A DNA stretch of 41,915 bases from a virus. Both the position numbers and the translations under genes were made by a program. This document shows positions 1 to 8,206 of this stretch, one piece after another. The DNA lies in the UHGV virus genome UHGV-0393368. The stretch is one strand, 5' to 3'. A model generated the notes under the pieces. It did no database searches. It saw nothing but the letters and a program-made list of their open reading frames with translations, and was not told the origin of the DNA. Within the stretch, counting starts at the first letter, position 1. Each line of letters opens with the position of its first letter.

Positions 1-55
1 GATATGCTTGTGTCATGGGCGATGGATGTTTTTCCATATCTTTTATTGCTGCCAT
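1..55 (-). CDS. 5' fragment of a hypothetical gene (ATG at about 53-55 on the minus strand) that runs off the window start.
   Basis: An open minus-strand frame MAAIKDMEKHPSPMTQAY continues past position 1. The SD is weak. If the genome is circular, it continues in frame at the window end and stops just before the SD of the next gene. Confidence 0.2.
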   Translation of the reverse strand, partial: MAAIKDMEKHPSPMTQAY

Positions 56-90
56 TCTTTGGCGTTCTGAATTTTCGCTATATTGATTTT

Positions 91-345
91 TTATTTTATT
101 TTCCGGCATTCAAGCACATCTCCCTTCTCAAAAACGTAATGACATCCAGGTATTGTAATCGTCCTTGGGCATTCATCCGTATAATCAATCAGTCCCTTAT
201 CTCTCATGTCACGTAAATATCCCCATATGGTAGAACTAGATGTATATCCAACTCCATCCCCAATCTCCCTGGTAGTAGGAGGATAGTTATGGATCACCAT
301 GTAGGACTTAATATAGTCAAGTATACGCCTATGTGCTTCCTTCAT
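91..345 (-). CDS. LexA-like winged-helix DNA-binding protein. It has the LexA N-terminal domain only, with no S24 peptidase domain.
   Basis: The 84 aa protein has a TTREIGDGVGYTSSSTIWGYLRDMRDKGLI motif typical of the LexA_DNA_bind domain. It is too short to carry the Ala-Gly/Ser-Lys autocleavage domain. Confidence 0.6.
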   Translation of the reverse strand: MKEAHRRILDYIKSYMVIHNYPPTTREIGDGVGYTSSSTIWGYLRDMRDKGLIDYTDECPRTITIPGCHYVFEKGDVLECRKIK

Positions 346-1096
346 CTGTCCCCTCCCCTACCCAGTCCTGTACCTGTTTTAGCATCAATGCATCGTAGTC
401 CGTATCTCGCTGGTCAAAATTATGAAACTGGTTCTTGCTTACAGTAGCCTTCTTATCTGGCTTCACAACTGGTTCCCTGTAGTCTGTTTTGAGATAATCG
501 TCAAACGAGGTATCTGGTCCAAAAAATGTTGCTGCATGTTTTACAAACTGCTCCTGGGTACCTAATAACTCACACTCTCTGGCATATCTTTTAACTGCTG
601 TCTCCAGCTCGTCCTCTGAAAAACCATCCTTTAGGCGGGCATTGTACGCTTTATATGCTTTCGCCTTTTCTTTTTTTCTCGGGTATACCTTCCAGATTTC
701 CTCAAAACGCACACAATATTTTTTATTACTATCATTTACATTATCATTATCATATACATTATCATTATCATGTTTTTTTGCTTCGGTTTGCTTTTCAAAA
801 AAACCATTTGCTTTTTTTGACTCCGAATTTTTATCAAACGAAGCACTTCCTTTTGGCCTTCCTCCAAGTTTCCCAGCTTCTCTTCTGGATTCTACCATCT
901 TCTGGTACTTCTGATTATCTCTATCAAGCTGAGCCTTGATGAAGCTAAAAGCCATTTGTGTCATTCCATCCATCTGTGGAAGTTCTTTATCCGCTGCATA
1001 TAACATGATAGCAGTAAATAGATTTCCTCTCTGCTCCATGTTCAATAATAAAATTTGGTCAATATTTGCTGTATACATTACAAAACTTTCTCTCAT
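329..1096 (-). CDS. Phage replication or replisome-organiser-like protein.
   Basis: 255 aa. The N-terminal region resembles the replisome-organiser N-terminal domain. The centre is Lys/Asp-rich linker. The C-terminus carries an FEEIWKVYPRKKEKAKAYKAY...FGPD motif common in phage replication-initiation helper proteins. It lies in the early module next to recombination genes. Confidence 0.45.
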   Translation of the reverse strand: MRESFVMYTANIDQILLLNMEQRGNLFTAIMLYAADKELPQMDGMTQMAFSFIKAQLDRDNQKYQKMVESRREAGKLGGRPKGSASFDKNSESKKANGFFEKQTEAKKHDNDNVYDNDNVNDSNKKYCVRFEEIWKVYPRKKEKAKAYKAYNARLKDGFSEDELETAVKRYARECELLGTQEQFVKHAATFFGPDTSFDDYLKTDYREPVVKPDKKATVSKNQFHNFDQRDTDYDALMLKQVQDWVGEGTDEGST

Positions 1097-1476
1097 AATC
1101 CTGCACCAAACATACTCAATTGCCCAGGAAATCCGGTATCTTTCCTTTTAGTGTTCTTATTTTGTTTTATAAAGAGCTGTGCGCCACGCTCTGCCGCCTT
1201 TATGCTCTCTATCCGGCTATTCTGGCTTTCCATCCATTTATAGGCTTCTTGCCGTCCCTGTGCATCGTCACGGGGTACATAGTAACCTTTGCCTGTTGTC
1301 AAGGAAAGAATCACTTTATCATGCCTTAACATCTCTATCGCGGTTCTTACATCTCTGTCCTTTTCTCCTGTCTTGGATACTAATTCATCCCGGTTCAATG
1401 CATTCCCTTTCCCTACAAGGAGTGCATTATATACCCTTGCTTGAACATCTTCACTAACAGTTCGCTTATTCTTCAA
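1093..1476 (-). CDS. Hypothetical winged-helix protein of the replication module, starting at TTG.
   Basis: The 127 aa ORF is preceded by an AAAGGAGGGA SD. An HTH-like segment reads ALNRDELVSKTGEKDRDVRTAIEMLRHDKVI. Confidence 0.4.
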   Translation of the reverse strand: MKNKRTVSEDVQARVYNALLVGKGNALNRDELVSKTGEKDRDVRTAIEMLRHDKVILSLTTGKGYYVPRDDAQGRQEAYKWMESQNSRIESIKAAERGAQLFIKQNKNTKRKDTGFPGQLSMFGAGL

Positions 1477-1482
1477 ATAATC

Positions 1483-1566
1483 CCTCCTTTCGGGCCGGGT
1501 AAAGGAGGTTTGATAGGTCCCGGCCCAGGGTCAGAAAGTATATCATGACATATCAGCATTCTGACC
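1483..1566 (-). promoter_or_regulatory. Tandem stem-loops in the 5' leader of gene 1093..1476, with an anti-SD element.
   Basis: Stems GGGCCGGG/CCCGGCCC (1492-1499/1519-1526) and GGTCAGAA/TTCTGACC (1529-1536/1559-1566). The loop of the first stem contains CCTCCTTT on the mRNA, which is exactly complementary to the downstream SD AAAGGAGG. Confidence 0.35.
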
Positions 1567-1622
1567 AGTACTCATTTCCGTTGTATGTATCATCCCACAA
1601 GGGGGAATAGATACCAAAAATG

Positions 1623-2069
1623 TCAGTTTAAATGAACTACTTCTGCCTTTTTCACAGGCTGGCTACAATATTCCACCGTTACATTCCGCTGATATGAAAA
1701 CACACTGCCACAGCAAGGACACTCACACTCGTCTTCATCATCGTCAGCTTCCCAACTGTCACCATTTTCATATCCACAATATGGACAAGTAATCTGTCCT
1801 GTGTAATCTTTATCTTCTGGCTCCTCGCCATCAATAAAAACTTTCTGCAACTTTAATTTCTTAACATATGCCGTATGATACCTCCCCCCTTTTCCGGCTA
1901 GGGAGGTGACGCCATATGCAGTGTTGTCTATGATTAGCGTGTCCCCAATGTTGATTTCCTTGTCGGTCTCTATAATGGGCTTTATCCCATTATCTTCAGG
2001 AGTAAGTCCGTTCATGCTGAAATCCCACGAACGCTTACTACCCAAATCTGCATAATCAAATATTTTCAT
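1623..2069 (-). CDS. Hypothetical protein with a C-terminal zinc ribbon.
   Basis: 148 aa with CPYCG...CECPCCG cysteine pairs near the C-terminus. It sits in the early operon. Confidence 0.45.
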   Translation of the reverse strand: MKIFDYADLGSKRSWDFSMNGLTPEDNGIKPIIETDKEINIGDTLIIDNTAYGVTSLAGKGGRYHTAYVKKLKLQKVFIDGEEPEDKDYTGQITCPYCGYENGDSWEADDDEDECECPCCGSVFSYQRNVTVEYCSQPVKKAEVVHLN

Positions 2070-2100
2070 CTTCCACCTCTGTTAAATCTTAATTTTGCTT

Positions 2101-3237
2101 TCAAGGCATCATCTCCAGGAAACCCTTTATGGTCATCTGGCCACCGTTCTTCGCCTCTGCCTGTTTCATCTTCTTAAAATCGTTATATCTCTGTCTGTAC
2201 CTATAGCTGTCACCAAATATATTCCATGCAGCCTTAACAACATTCGGTTCGTATGCTCTTATCTTTTCCAAATCCGCTACCGCTTTAGAGGAAATACTAC
2301 ACCCACAACATCCTGTACGTGTCAACCCATACACCTCGTAAGCGTCCGAATATCTTATCTCATACCGCTCTTTATACCATGCCTTATCTGCGTCCGACAC
2401 ATAATACAATGGCTTTAATCGGAACTGTCCGCTGCTCGTTTCTGAAAAACACATCGTTCCATTTGCATCTTCAGATTTTGGCACGGAGCGCATGCCTCCC
2501 TCGTCCCGGCGTTCTCCTGTAATAACCATTTCATATCCCGCTTGTACCTTATGGGCTATCTGTTTCTTGCAGTAGTCACAGCATTTTGCGCTGATTTTAA
2601 AATCGCACGGATTTTCTTTCATAAACTCGTATAGGTATTTCGATGAATCAATCACTAACTGTATATTTGGCCTTGGTTCCCCATCTCGGTTACAACAACA
2701 CAGAAAATTGATTCCCTGTTCTGATTTCGGATACCGCTCTCGCAATTCCTCTCTCTTTGCCATTTTATTCTCCGCATTGTCATATTCTTCCCTGATAGAA
2801 AGTGGAAGCTCTTTCTTCTGCACCGTTTCCATTGCGCTTGATACAATTTTTGAAATGAATGGGATACCATATTCCCTCGTAGACTGTACAATGTTTTTCT
2901 TAGGTCTGTACTCCGTTATCTCAACACCATATTTATTTTTAACATCTATTACATGGTCTTTTGTCGCCTTCATTTCAAGCCCAGTATTGAAAAAACAGTA
3001 TTTCACCTCAGGTAGGCCGAACAACGTTCTTGTCCGTTCTATCAAATCGAGCATAATATCACTGTCACTTCCACCGGAATACGAACATATTGCATTTGGA
3101 TGCTCTTTTAATCTCCTTGCAATAATCGACTGTATTGCCTGAAATTTACTCGGCGCATCAAAATCAGCGTACGCCGGGCGTTCAGTGTATACTCTTGAAT
3201 AATATACTTCCTTACTATTTTTATTTGTCTGTCTCAT
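2101..3237 (-). CDS. PAPS reductase family PP-loop ATP pyrophosphatase-like protein, large phage type with several Cys clusters.
   Basis: 378 aa. It carries a canonical SGGSDS PP-loop (CSYSGGSDSDIMLDLIE) and multiple Cys clusters (CCCNRDGEP, KCCDYCKK, GCCGCS). Confidence 0.7.
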   Translation of the reverse strand: MRQTNKNSKEVYYSRVYTERPAYADFDAPSKFQAIQSIIARRLKEHPNAICSYSGGSDSDIMLDLIERTRTLFGLPEVKYCFFNTGLEMKATKDHVIDVKNKYGVEITEYRPKKNIVQSTREYGIPFISKIVSSAMETVQKKELPLSIREEYDNAENKMAKREELRERYPKSEQGINFLCCCNRDGEPRPNIQLVIDSSKYLYEFMKENPCDFKISAKCCDYCKKQIAHKVQAGYEMVITGERRDEGGMRSVPKSEDANGTMCFSETSSGQFRLKPLYYVSDADKAWYKERYEIRYSDAYEVYGLTRTGCCGCSISSKAVADLEKIRAYEPNVVKAAWNIFGDSYRYRQRYNDFKKMKQAEAKNGGQMTIKGFLEMMP

Positions 3238-3307
3238 TTTTTTTTTAAGAAGCCCGGTATACCCTTACCCCTGCAGGAGGCTGGCTCCTTTCTTAGTTTT
3301 CAAAATT

Positions 3308-3484
3308 TTAATTATTGAGCAAATCACCCTCAACCTCAAAATATATGTACCGACTACTCTGTTTAACCGGTTTTTCAATGTCCACCCACTTTTTTAATAA
3401 TCTGGCATATATCCGCAGTTCTTTTACTTTAACCTTAAACCTGGTCCAAGTCTTTCCATCTCGCTCAAAAACTCTTGTCTCCAT
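3308..3484 (-). CDS. Small hypothetical protein of 58 aa, below the ORF-track cutoff.
   Basis: Open minus-strand frame METRVFERDGKTW...EVEGDLLNN with a GGAAAAGAGG SD region. It fills a gap in an otherwise tightly packed minus-strand operon, and the overlapping plus-strand ORF 3315..3593 is probably spurious. Confidence 0.3.
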   Translation of the reverse strand: METRVFERDGKTWTRFKVKVKELRIYARLLKKWVDIEKPVKQSSRYIYFEVEGDLLNN

Positions 3485-3505
3485 CCTCTTTTCCTTTCTC
3501 CGGTC

Positions 3506-3670
3506 TTATATTTTTTCTATTGGACTTATTTGTTTTTCAGCATCAATAGCAATTAAAATCGCTACATTAGCTTTGGCTTCTGACATTCCATAATCATTAA
3601 TCAGAATATTACGAACCGACCAAATAGAAGAAGAAAGTGTAAAAAGCAAATTCTGAATTTCTTGATTCAT
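3506..3670 (-). CDS. Small hypothetical protein of 54 aa.
   Basis: Open minus frame MNQEIQNLLFTLSSSIWSV... begins 4 nt after the HNH gene stop. The GGAGA SD has a rather long spacer. Confidence 0.25.
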   Translation of the reverse strand: MNQEIQNLLFTLSSSIWSVRNILINDYGMSEAKANVAILIAIDAEKQISPIEKI

Positions 3671-3673
3671 GTA

Positions 3674-4303
3674 CTAATCATCTCCAAATTTAATTCCATA
3701 TACCTTATATCTACTTTCAAACGCTGTCATACCAATGCTATGCGCTTCTGTGTGGTGCTGCCGGCATAAACATATTTTCCGGTACTCCGAATCATCAACC
3801 TTCCTCCGGTCATTCCCCATGCCAATTGTGTCTACATGATGTATTTCACCCTCTCGACCGCATATAGCGCATTTCCGAAGCTTGAGACATGCATACAAAT
3901 AATGGCCTATATCATCGGTACGATTAAGTGCAAAGTCCAGTAATGGTATCCCCTGCTCCAGCGCATAATCCAGCATGGTATTGATAAATTCCCTGGCAGT
4001 ATCCATAGAGCAATCAGACAGGGAAAAATATCCGCATCCGGTCCGGTTGATGTGTAAATACTTAAGCCATTCTTTCTCAACCTCCGGCACGTTCCCGGAA
4101 TAGGCGGAGATGTCATTAACTGTGGCATAAATCTTCCTGCGCTGGTCTGCACTTATATGTCTACCATCGTCAAGCCATACACTGCATCTATTCATGTGCT
4201 TATCAACGATTGGTTCCATAAGATTTTTTCCAGGAATAAATATCTTTAGATACGTTCCCTCTGGAACAAGCTTGTATGCTATTATGTCTGCTGCCTCATG
4301 CAT
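3674..4303 (-). CDS. HNH-like zinc-binding nuclease domain protein, phage recombination-module type.
   Basis: The C-terminal CAICGREGEIHHV...GMG...LCRQHHTEAH motif is a His-Me/HNH finger. The start was moved to an internal ATG (MHEAAD...) that has a strong AGAGGTGA SD and avoids overlap with the upstream gene. Confidence 0.55.
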   Translation of the reverse strand: MHEAADIIAYKLVPEGTYLKIFIPGKNLMEPIVDKHMNRCSVWLDDGRHISADQRRKIYATVNDISAYSGNVPEVEKEWLKYLHINRTGCGYFSLSDCSMDTAREFINTMLDYALEQGIPLLDFALNRTDDIGHYLYACLKLRKCAICGREGEIHHVDTIGMGNDRRKVDDSEYRKICLCRQHHTEAHSIGMTAFESRYKVYGIKFGDD

Positions 4304-4307
4304 ATAA

Positions 4308-4982
4308 TCACCTCTTTGGGTCATTCCATGGTAGTTCACTATCCTGCATATCATTCGGTGGCTGCATAACTAACTCTTTCTTTGGATTCTCTTTCAGTTT
4401 TTTAATTGTTTCATTTGCCTGGGAATTAGTCATATCATGGATATCAGTCAGTCCATACTTTGATAGCACATTCTTAATCCCTATTCCGGTACGTTTAAGC
4501 TCCAGGAATATTTCATTGATATCGGATTCATTAATCAAATCAGGATTATTCTGCTTATTGTATTTAGTTCGGTCTGAATCCCAATAAACATCCGCGCCAA
4601 TCCCAAGCTGCTTACACGCTACCGATATAGCATCTGTGGTTGCCATCTTGTAACATTCGTCCGAAACGTATATGCCGGATTTCTCTTTTGATGCAAACAT
4701 GCTGCCGCCGTTTCCTGGGATTGGTTTAGACCATTCCCCATCAACCTTTATGTATAATTCGATATCTACAAAAGCTGCTATCTCATTACCCGATGTTTCC
4801 AACCACTTCTTCGTTGGGATGTAGTACCATCCTATCCCACATGGCCCGAACTGTTCAGTAAGGACTTTTATGCGCCACATAGGGTTAATATCGGTCATAC
4901 CGCTGGTACGACCTCCCTTAATGGTTTTCTTAGCGCTATCTGGAACAGAACGGACCTTTTGGTATAAGTCAAGATTTTCCAT
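4308..4982 (-). CDS. Rad52/Sak-like single-strand annealing protein.
   Basis: The N-terminal core reads KGGRTSGMTDINPMWRIKVLTEQFGPCGIGWYY, consistent with Rad52/22-type phage annealases. It is followed by Gp157 and an HNH gene, the usual arrangement. The start was chosen at MENLDLY, which has an AGGTG SD. Confidence 0.5.
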   Translation of the reverse strand: MENLDLYQKVRSVPDSAKKTIKGGRTSGMTDINPMWRIKVLTEQFGPCGIGWYYIPTKKWLETSGNEIAAFVDIELYIKVDGEWSKPIPGNGGSMFASKEKSGIYVSDECYKMATTDAISVACKQLGIGADVYWDSDRTKYNKQNNPDLINESDINEIFLELKRTGIGIKNVLSKYGLTDIHDMTNSQANETIKKLKENPKKELVMQPPNDMQDSELPWNDPKR

Positions 4983-4991
4983 ACACAACAC

Positions 4992-5453
4992 CTACTTAAT
5001 CTGTATATTCTGTTTCTGTTCAATATGCGCCCCTGGAACTGTAAGACCTCCTTTTATGGCTTCTTTAATTTTGGTTTTGCTCGGTTCCGGCTCCTTGGTA
5101 ACAAGGTATTCTGTAGGGATATTAGATGTATCCTCAATCACAACCGATTCTGATTTACGGTAAGATATTGAAATTCTCGCCGTTTTGAACTTCTCACCGT
5201 CAAGATATCCAGATAAGTATTCCTTAAGCCGTTCGGCCTGATTACCTGCGGCTACTTTTCTTGCATTAAGATTTTTAATTTCAGAATCAATGGCACCCTC
5301 CTCCGCTTTGAGATTTTTGTACCAGCAAGCTATATTCTCAATCTTCTTTTCCTTTTCCATCTGGAGTCGGTCCAGACGTCCATCGTCTATGATTTCCCCT
5401 GTTTCCATGTCAACGCAACCCAATATTTCTGTATCAATTTCATATAAGTTCAT
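4992..5453 (-). CDS. Siphovirus Gp157-family protein.
   Basis: 153 aa. The N-terminal MNLYEIDTEILGCVDMETGEI and the coiled-coil middle are typical of the Sipho_Gp157 family, which is usually adjacent to a Sak annealase. Confidence 0.55.
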   Translation of the reverse strand: MNLYEIDTEILGCVDMETGEIIDDGRLDRLQMEKEKKIENIACWYKNLKAEEGAIDSEIKNLNARKVAAGNQAERLKEYLSGYLDGEKFKTARISISYRKSESVVIEDTSNIPTEYLVTKEPEPSKTKIKEAIKGGLTVPGAHIEQKQNIQIK

Positions 5454-5631
5454 CTACTTGTCCTCCATCTGAATATAAAGTGTAATTCTGACCCTCTGAT
5501 TTGATAGGCTCCTGCATTCTTTCTACCTTTTTCACTCGCTTAAGCTTCCTCTGATGGCATTTATCACATTCTTTCCAATGTTCCGGGTCAAGGAAACATC
5601 CGCAAGAATCACATTTAGAATTATTCATCAT
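5440..5631 (-). CDS. Small zinc-finger protein.
   Basis: 63 aa with CDSCGC...C..C..KCHQ. Confidence 0.4.
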   Translation of the reverse strand: MMNNSKCDSCGCFLDPEHWKECDKCHQRKLKRVKKVERMQEPIKSEGQNYTLYSDGGQVDELI

Positions 5632-5803
5632 GTGTTTTATCCTTAGGAACTTTAACCGGTACGCCTCTCAAAATACCGACCAGCACATTACGCTGGGCAT
5701 ATTCATCTGTATCCAAAAAAACCAAAGCTGCATTTACCCGACCTTCAAGCTCAATAAGCTTTCTATATTCATTGGCAGAAATTTCAACTGTTCTTTCTTC
5801 CAT
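5621..5803 (-). CDS. Hypothetical small protein.
   Basis: The start was set at MEERTVEIS, which has a GGAGG SD. The protein is about 60 aa. Confidence 0.35.
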   Translation of the reverse strand: MEERTVEISANEYRKLIELEGRVNAALVFLDTDEYAQRNVLVGILRGVPVKVPKDKTHDE

Positions 5804-5857
5804 CTTGCAAACCTCCATAATCTCTGATATAATCAGACTGAGTTATTTTTTGTATCC

Positions 5858-5896
5858 GGTCGTTTAGCTCTGTCAAGCTGACGACCTTTTTTTATT
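5858..5896 (+). terminator. Candidate intrinsic terminator oriented for the plus strand.
   Basis: GGTCG...AGCT..AGCT..CGACC stem followed by TTTTTTTATT. The minus-strand reading has an A-tract upstream and no U-tract, so it would act only on plus-strand, antisense or convergent transcripts. Confidence 0.3.
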
Positions 5897-6096
5897 GGCT
5901 TACCATATCCGGTGTACCGGCTTGCATTCACCATTGCTCCGGCCCGGTTGGTGCCATTCCGGCGGCGGCTCATAATATCACCGCCACACATATCACCAGC
6001 AATCCGCTTAAGACCATCACCGCAGCGGTTAAACCGCGAATAATCATACGGTCTTTCTGCCGCGGGCTTAAGTGTGTTTTACCAACAGGTATGTAT

Positions 6097-6324
6097 TCAA
6101 GCTGTTTCAACAAATTTCATCTCCTTTCCGGTCAATTGCAGAAGTATCTGTAATTTTTCTATTGTCAGTTTTTCAGGGTTGGCTTTACGCTCTCTAAACG
6201 AGCTTGTACAAAAACCCAAATACAAGGCCAGCTCATTATCATCAAAGTTATTTCTTATTTTGGCTTCTTCTATCAGTAGCCGGATGCTGTCCTTTTGCCA
6301 TTCTGACGGCTTCTTAGATTTCAC
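6097..6324 (-). CDS. Small HTH-like protein with a GTG start.
   Basis: 75 aa. An AGGAGG SD precedes the GTG start. Confidence 0.4.
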   Translation of the reverse strand: MKSKKPSEWQKDSIRLLIEEAKIRNNFDDNELALYLGFCTSSFRERKANPEKLTIEKLQILLQLTGKEMKFVETA

Positions 6325-6327
6325 GCT

Positions 6328-6432
6328 TTACTTCCTCCTTTTAAAATACTGATAAATAGCAGCCAATATAATGATTAATACCTCGCCAAAGATAGTGCAG
6401 ATAACTCCCGCTAAAAATGGATTAACATACAT
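6328..6432 (-). CDS. Hydrophobic mini-protein of 34 aa, a single-TM peptide.
   Basis: ATG is preceded by a GAGGAGGAG SD. The frame MYVNPFLAGVICTIFGEVLIIILAAIYQYFKRRK is a TM helix followed by basic residues. Its stop overlaps the SD of the downstream gene. Confidence 0.35.
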   Translation of the reverse strand: MYVNPFLAGVICTIFGEVLIIILAAIYQYFKRRK

Positions 6433-6481
6433 GGGCTATCTCCTCCTCTTTCTCTTGATTCCCCGGCTCTTGCCGTTCTTC

Positions 6482-6748
6482 TTAATCCTGGCTCTCTGTC
6501 CCATTCTCTAAGTCTCCTTGTGTTCCTGTGTTGATGTTGTTCAGTCCGGTGCCATCCTGGGAAACATAATCATATGTTCCGGCTGTATAAAGCCATGCGG
6601 CATTGGTTCCTATCAGCGCTGCCAGCGTTACCAGGAATGCTATAAACCAATGCTTTGCATTCCTCTTGCTTTGCTCTATTACCTCTACAGCAAAATACTG
6701 CTCCAGCCCTTCCCATGTTGGCTTGTCCTTCTGGTTTTCAATGTTCAT
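6482..6748 (-). CDS. Small membrane protein.
   Basis: 88 aa with a central TM segment WFIAFLVTLAALIGTNAAWLY. Confidence 0.4.
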   Translation of the reverse strand: MNIENQKDKPTWEGLEQYFAVEVIEQSKRNAKHWFIAFLVTLAALIGTNAAWLYTAGTYDYVSQDGTGLNNINTGTQGDLENGTESQD

Positions 6749-7044
6749 AAATATTTTCCTCCTGTGCTTGCGTAATACAGGAGAAAATGGTAAAATATTC
6801 CTGTATCCGCATTAGACTGATTAATGTGTGATACCGGGGTTATCTGTGTTCGAGACAGGTGGCCCCACCTTTATTTTGTTTCCTTGCTTCTATGACTTCC
6901 TTCATTAAGAAATCCATCCACGGGTATTTTTCTGCTTGCATATGTACAAGTTCATTAAATGATTTATCACTAAGCGAAATGCAATCATCATAAAATTGAG
7001 TTCCGATTAAAATAATATTTCCTCCTTGTAAGCTAATCTGAGAA

Positions 7045-7791
7045 TTACTTTTCCCTCCTTAAAAACTTGTTAATAAAATACTGCTGACCTTTTCCAGTAA
7101 CTTTGGTAGTCTTGTTTATTCTTACGGAGCCATCAGGATTATTCACTGTACTTTCCTTCACCTCAAACAATCCAGCCTCCATACTGCGTTGTGTTGGCAT
7201 ATTCCATTCCGAACCATTCCGTTTAATGAGATAGCCATTATCCCTCAACCAAGAAAATAGTCTTTTCTGTCCGATGTCCACGCCGTTTTGTTTAATCAGC
7301 TTTGCCAAGTCACCAATAAGAATTGATGTATGACTAGTTGCCACAGCATCAGCGAATATTTCTTTCGGTTTCATACGCTGAACGTCCTCCAGGAGTACAG
7401 TGTTTTGTGACTTTAGTTTGTCAATGGTCTTTCCTGCCATTTTTAACGCCCTTGCCATGACCTGCTCCGGTGTGTTCCATGCTTTCTCTAAGTCAAGGAA
7501 ATACTGACGGTACTGCCTGCCTTTTTCGGAACGTTGTATCATGCAAATCTGTTTTGCCATGTCTACGCTAATCTGATAGTCAACTATCTCCCTTTTAACC
7601 TCTCTACTTCCCTCAATTTGAACCCGCTCATTTTTGAGCATGTTGAAATCTTTACCGATTTCAAATCCATATTCTGCCATTCTAGGAAACCAATCCTTAA
7701 AAGCTGTCTTGATTTCCAGTCCCTCATGCAATTCCCTTGCCGATACTGTTGGCTGTTCAGCATCGTAATTGATTTTTATAATTTCTTCCAT
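7045..7791 (-). CDS. ant: Phage antirepressor, AntA/AntB N-terminal domain plus KilA-C C-terminal domain.
   Basis: SARELHEGLEIKTAFKDWFPRMAEYGFEIGKDF matches the AntA domain. The C-terminal half is KilAC-like. An AGGAGA SD is present. Confidence 0.7.
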   Translation of the reverse strand: MEEIIKINYDAEQPTVSARELHEGLEIKTAFKDWFPRMAEYGFEIGKDFNMLKNERVQIEGSREVKREIVDYQISVDMAKQICMIQRSEKGRQYRQYFLDLEKAWNTPEQVMARALKMAGKTIDKLKSQNTVLLEDVQRMKPKEIFADAVATSHTSILIGDLAKLIKQNGVDIGQKRLFSWLRDNGYLIKRNGSEWNMPTQRSMEAGLFEVKESTVNNPDGSVRINKTTKVTGKGQQYFINKFLRREK

Positions 7792-7804
7792 TAAATCTCC
7801 TAAT

Positions 7805-7987
7805 CTAAGAAATAAGCTTGTCCACTTTAACTTTTAAAACATCCGCGACCGCTTTGAGGCTTTTTACAGTTGGGCTTGAATCATTCCATTTGCTAATAGC
7901 TCCATTTTTTAATCCTGCTTCGATTTCAATAGACCTAACGCTCAAACCTCTTTCTTCGCATATTTCTTTAATTTTGTCATAAATCAA
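7805..7987 (-). CDS. Cro-like XRE-family HTH regulator with a TTG start.
   Basis: About 60 aa HTH: LSVRSIEIEAGLKNGAISKWN. It is divergent from the CI-like gene. A GGGGGTGA SD precedes the TTG. Confidence 0.6.
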   Translation of the reverse strand: MIYDKIKEICEERGLSVRSIEIEAGLKNGAISKWNDSSPTVKSLKAVADVLKVKVDKLIS

Positions 7988-8206
7988 TTTATCACCCCCT
8001 CTCATTTTAGAAAATATTCAGCAAAACCCTTGACAAAACTTAGAAAGTATTCTAATATAAAGTTACCACACAATTTATTAGAAAAATATCTGTACCCATT
8101 AAGTTTTACCGAAAGTTTTCTGTGTTCATACCTCTATTATACAGAATTCTTTCTAATTGTCAAGCCTTTTTTACAGAAATTTTTCTGTAGGTTAGAAAGG
8201 AGTTAT
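7988..8206. promoter_or_regulatory. Lysis-lysogeny switch region with divergent promoters and operator-like inverted repeats.
   Basis: A plus-strand sigma70-like promoter TTGACA (8030-8035), 17-nt spacer, TAATAT (8053-8058) sits upstream of the CI-like gene. Operator-like palindromes are TTAGAAAGTATTCTAA (overlapping the -10) and TACAGAAA-TT-TTTCTGTA (8172-8189), with related TTAGAAA and TTTCTAA half-sites. Confidence 0.5.

Noticed and set aside
3271-3300. AGGAG-gctgg-CTCCT hairpin plus a T-rich tract as a terminator upstream of the PP-loop gene.
   Set aside because: The stem is only 5 bp and the orientation is wrong for the minus-strand operon. It is too weak to call.
8030-8206. N-terminal 59-codon extension of the CI-like ORF (TTG at 8030).
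   Set aside because: The TTG is the first three bases of a consensus TTGACA -35 element. A strong SD plus ATG occurs at 8207, so the extension is promoter and operator DNA.
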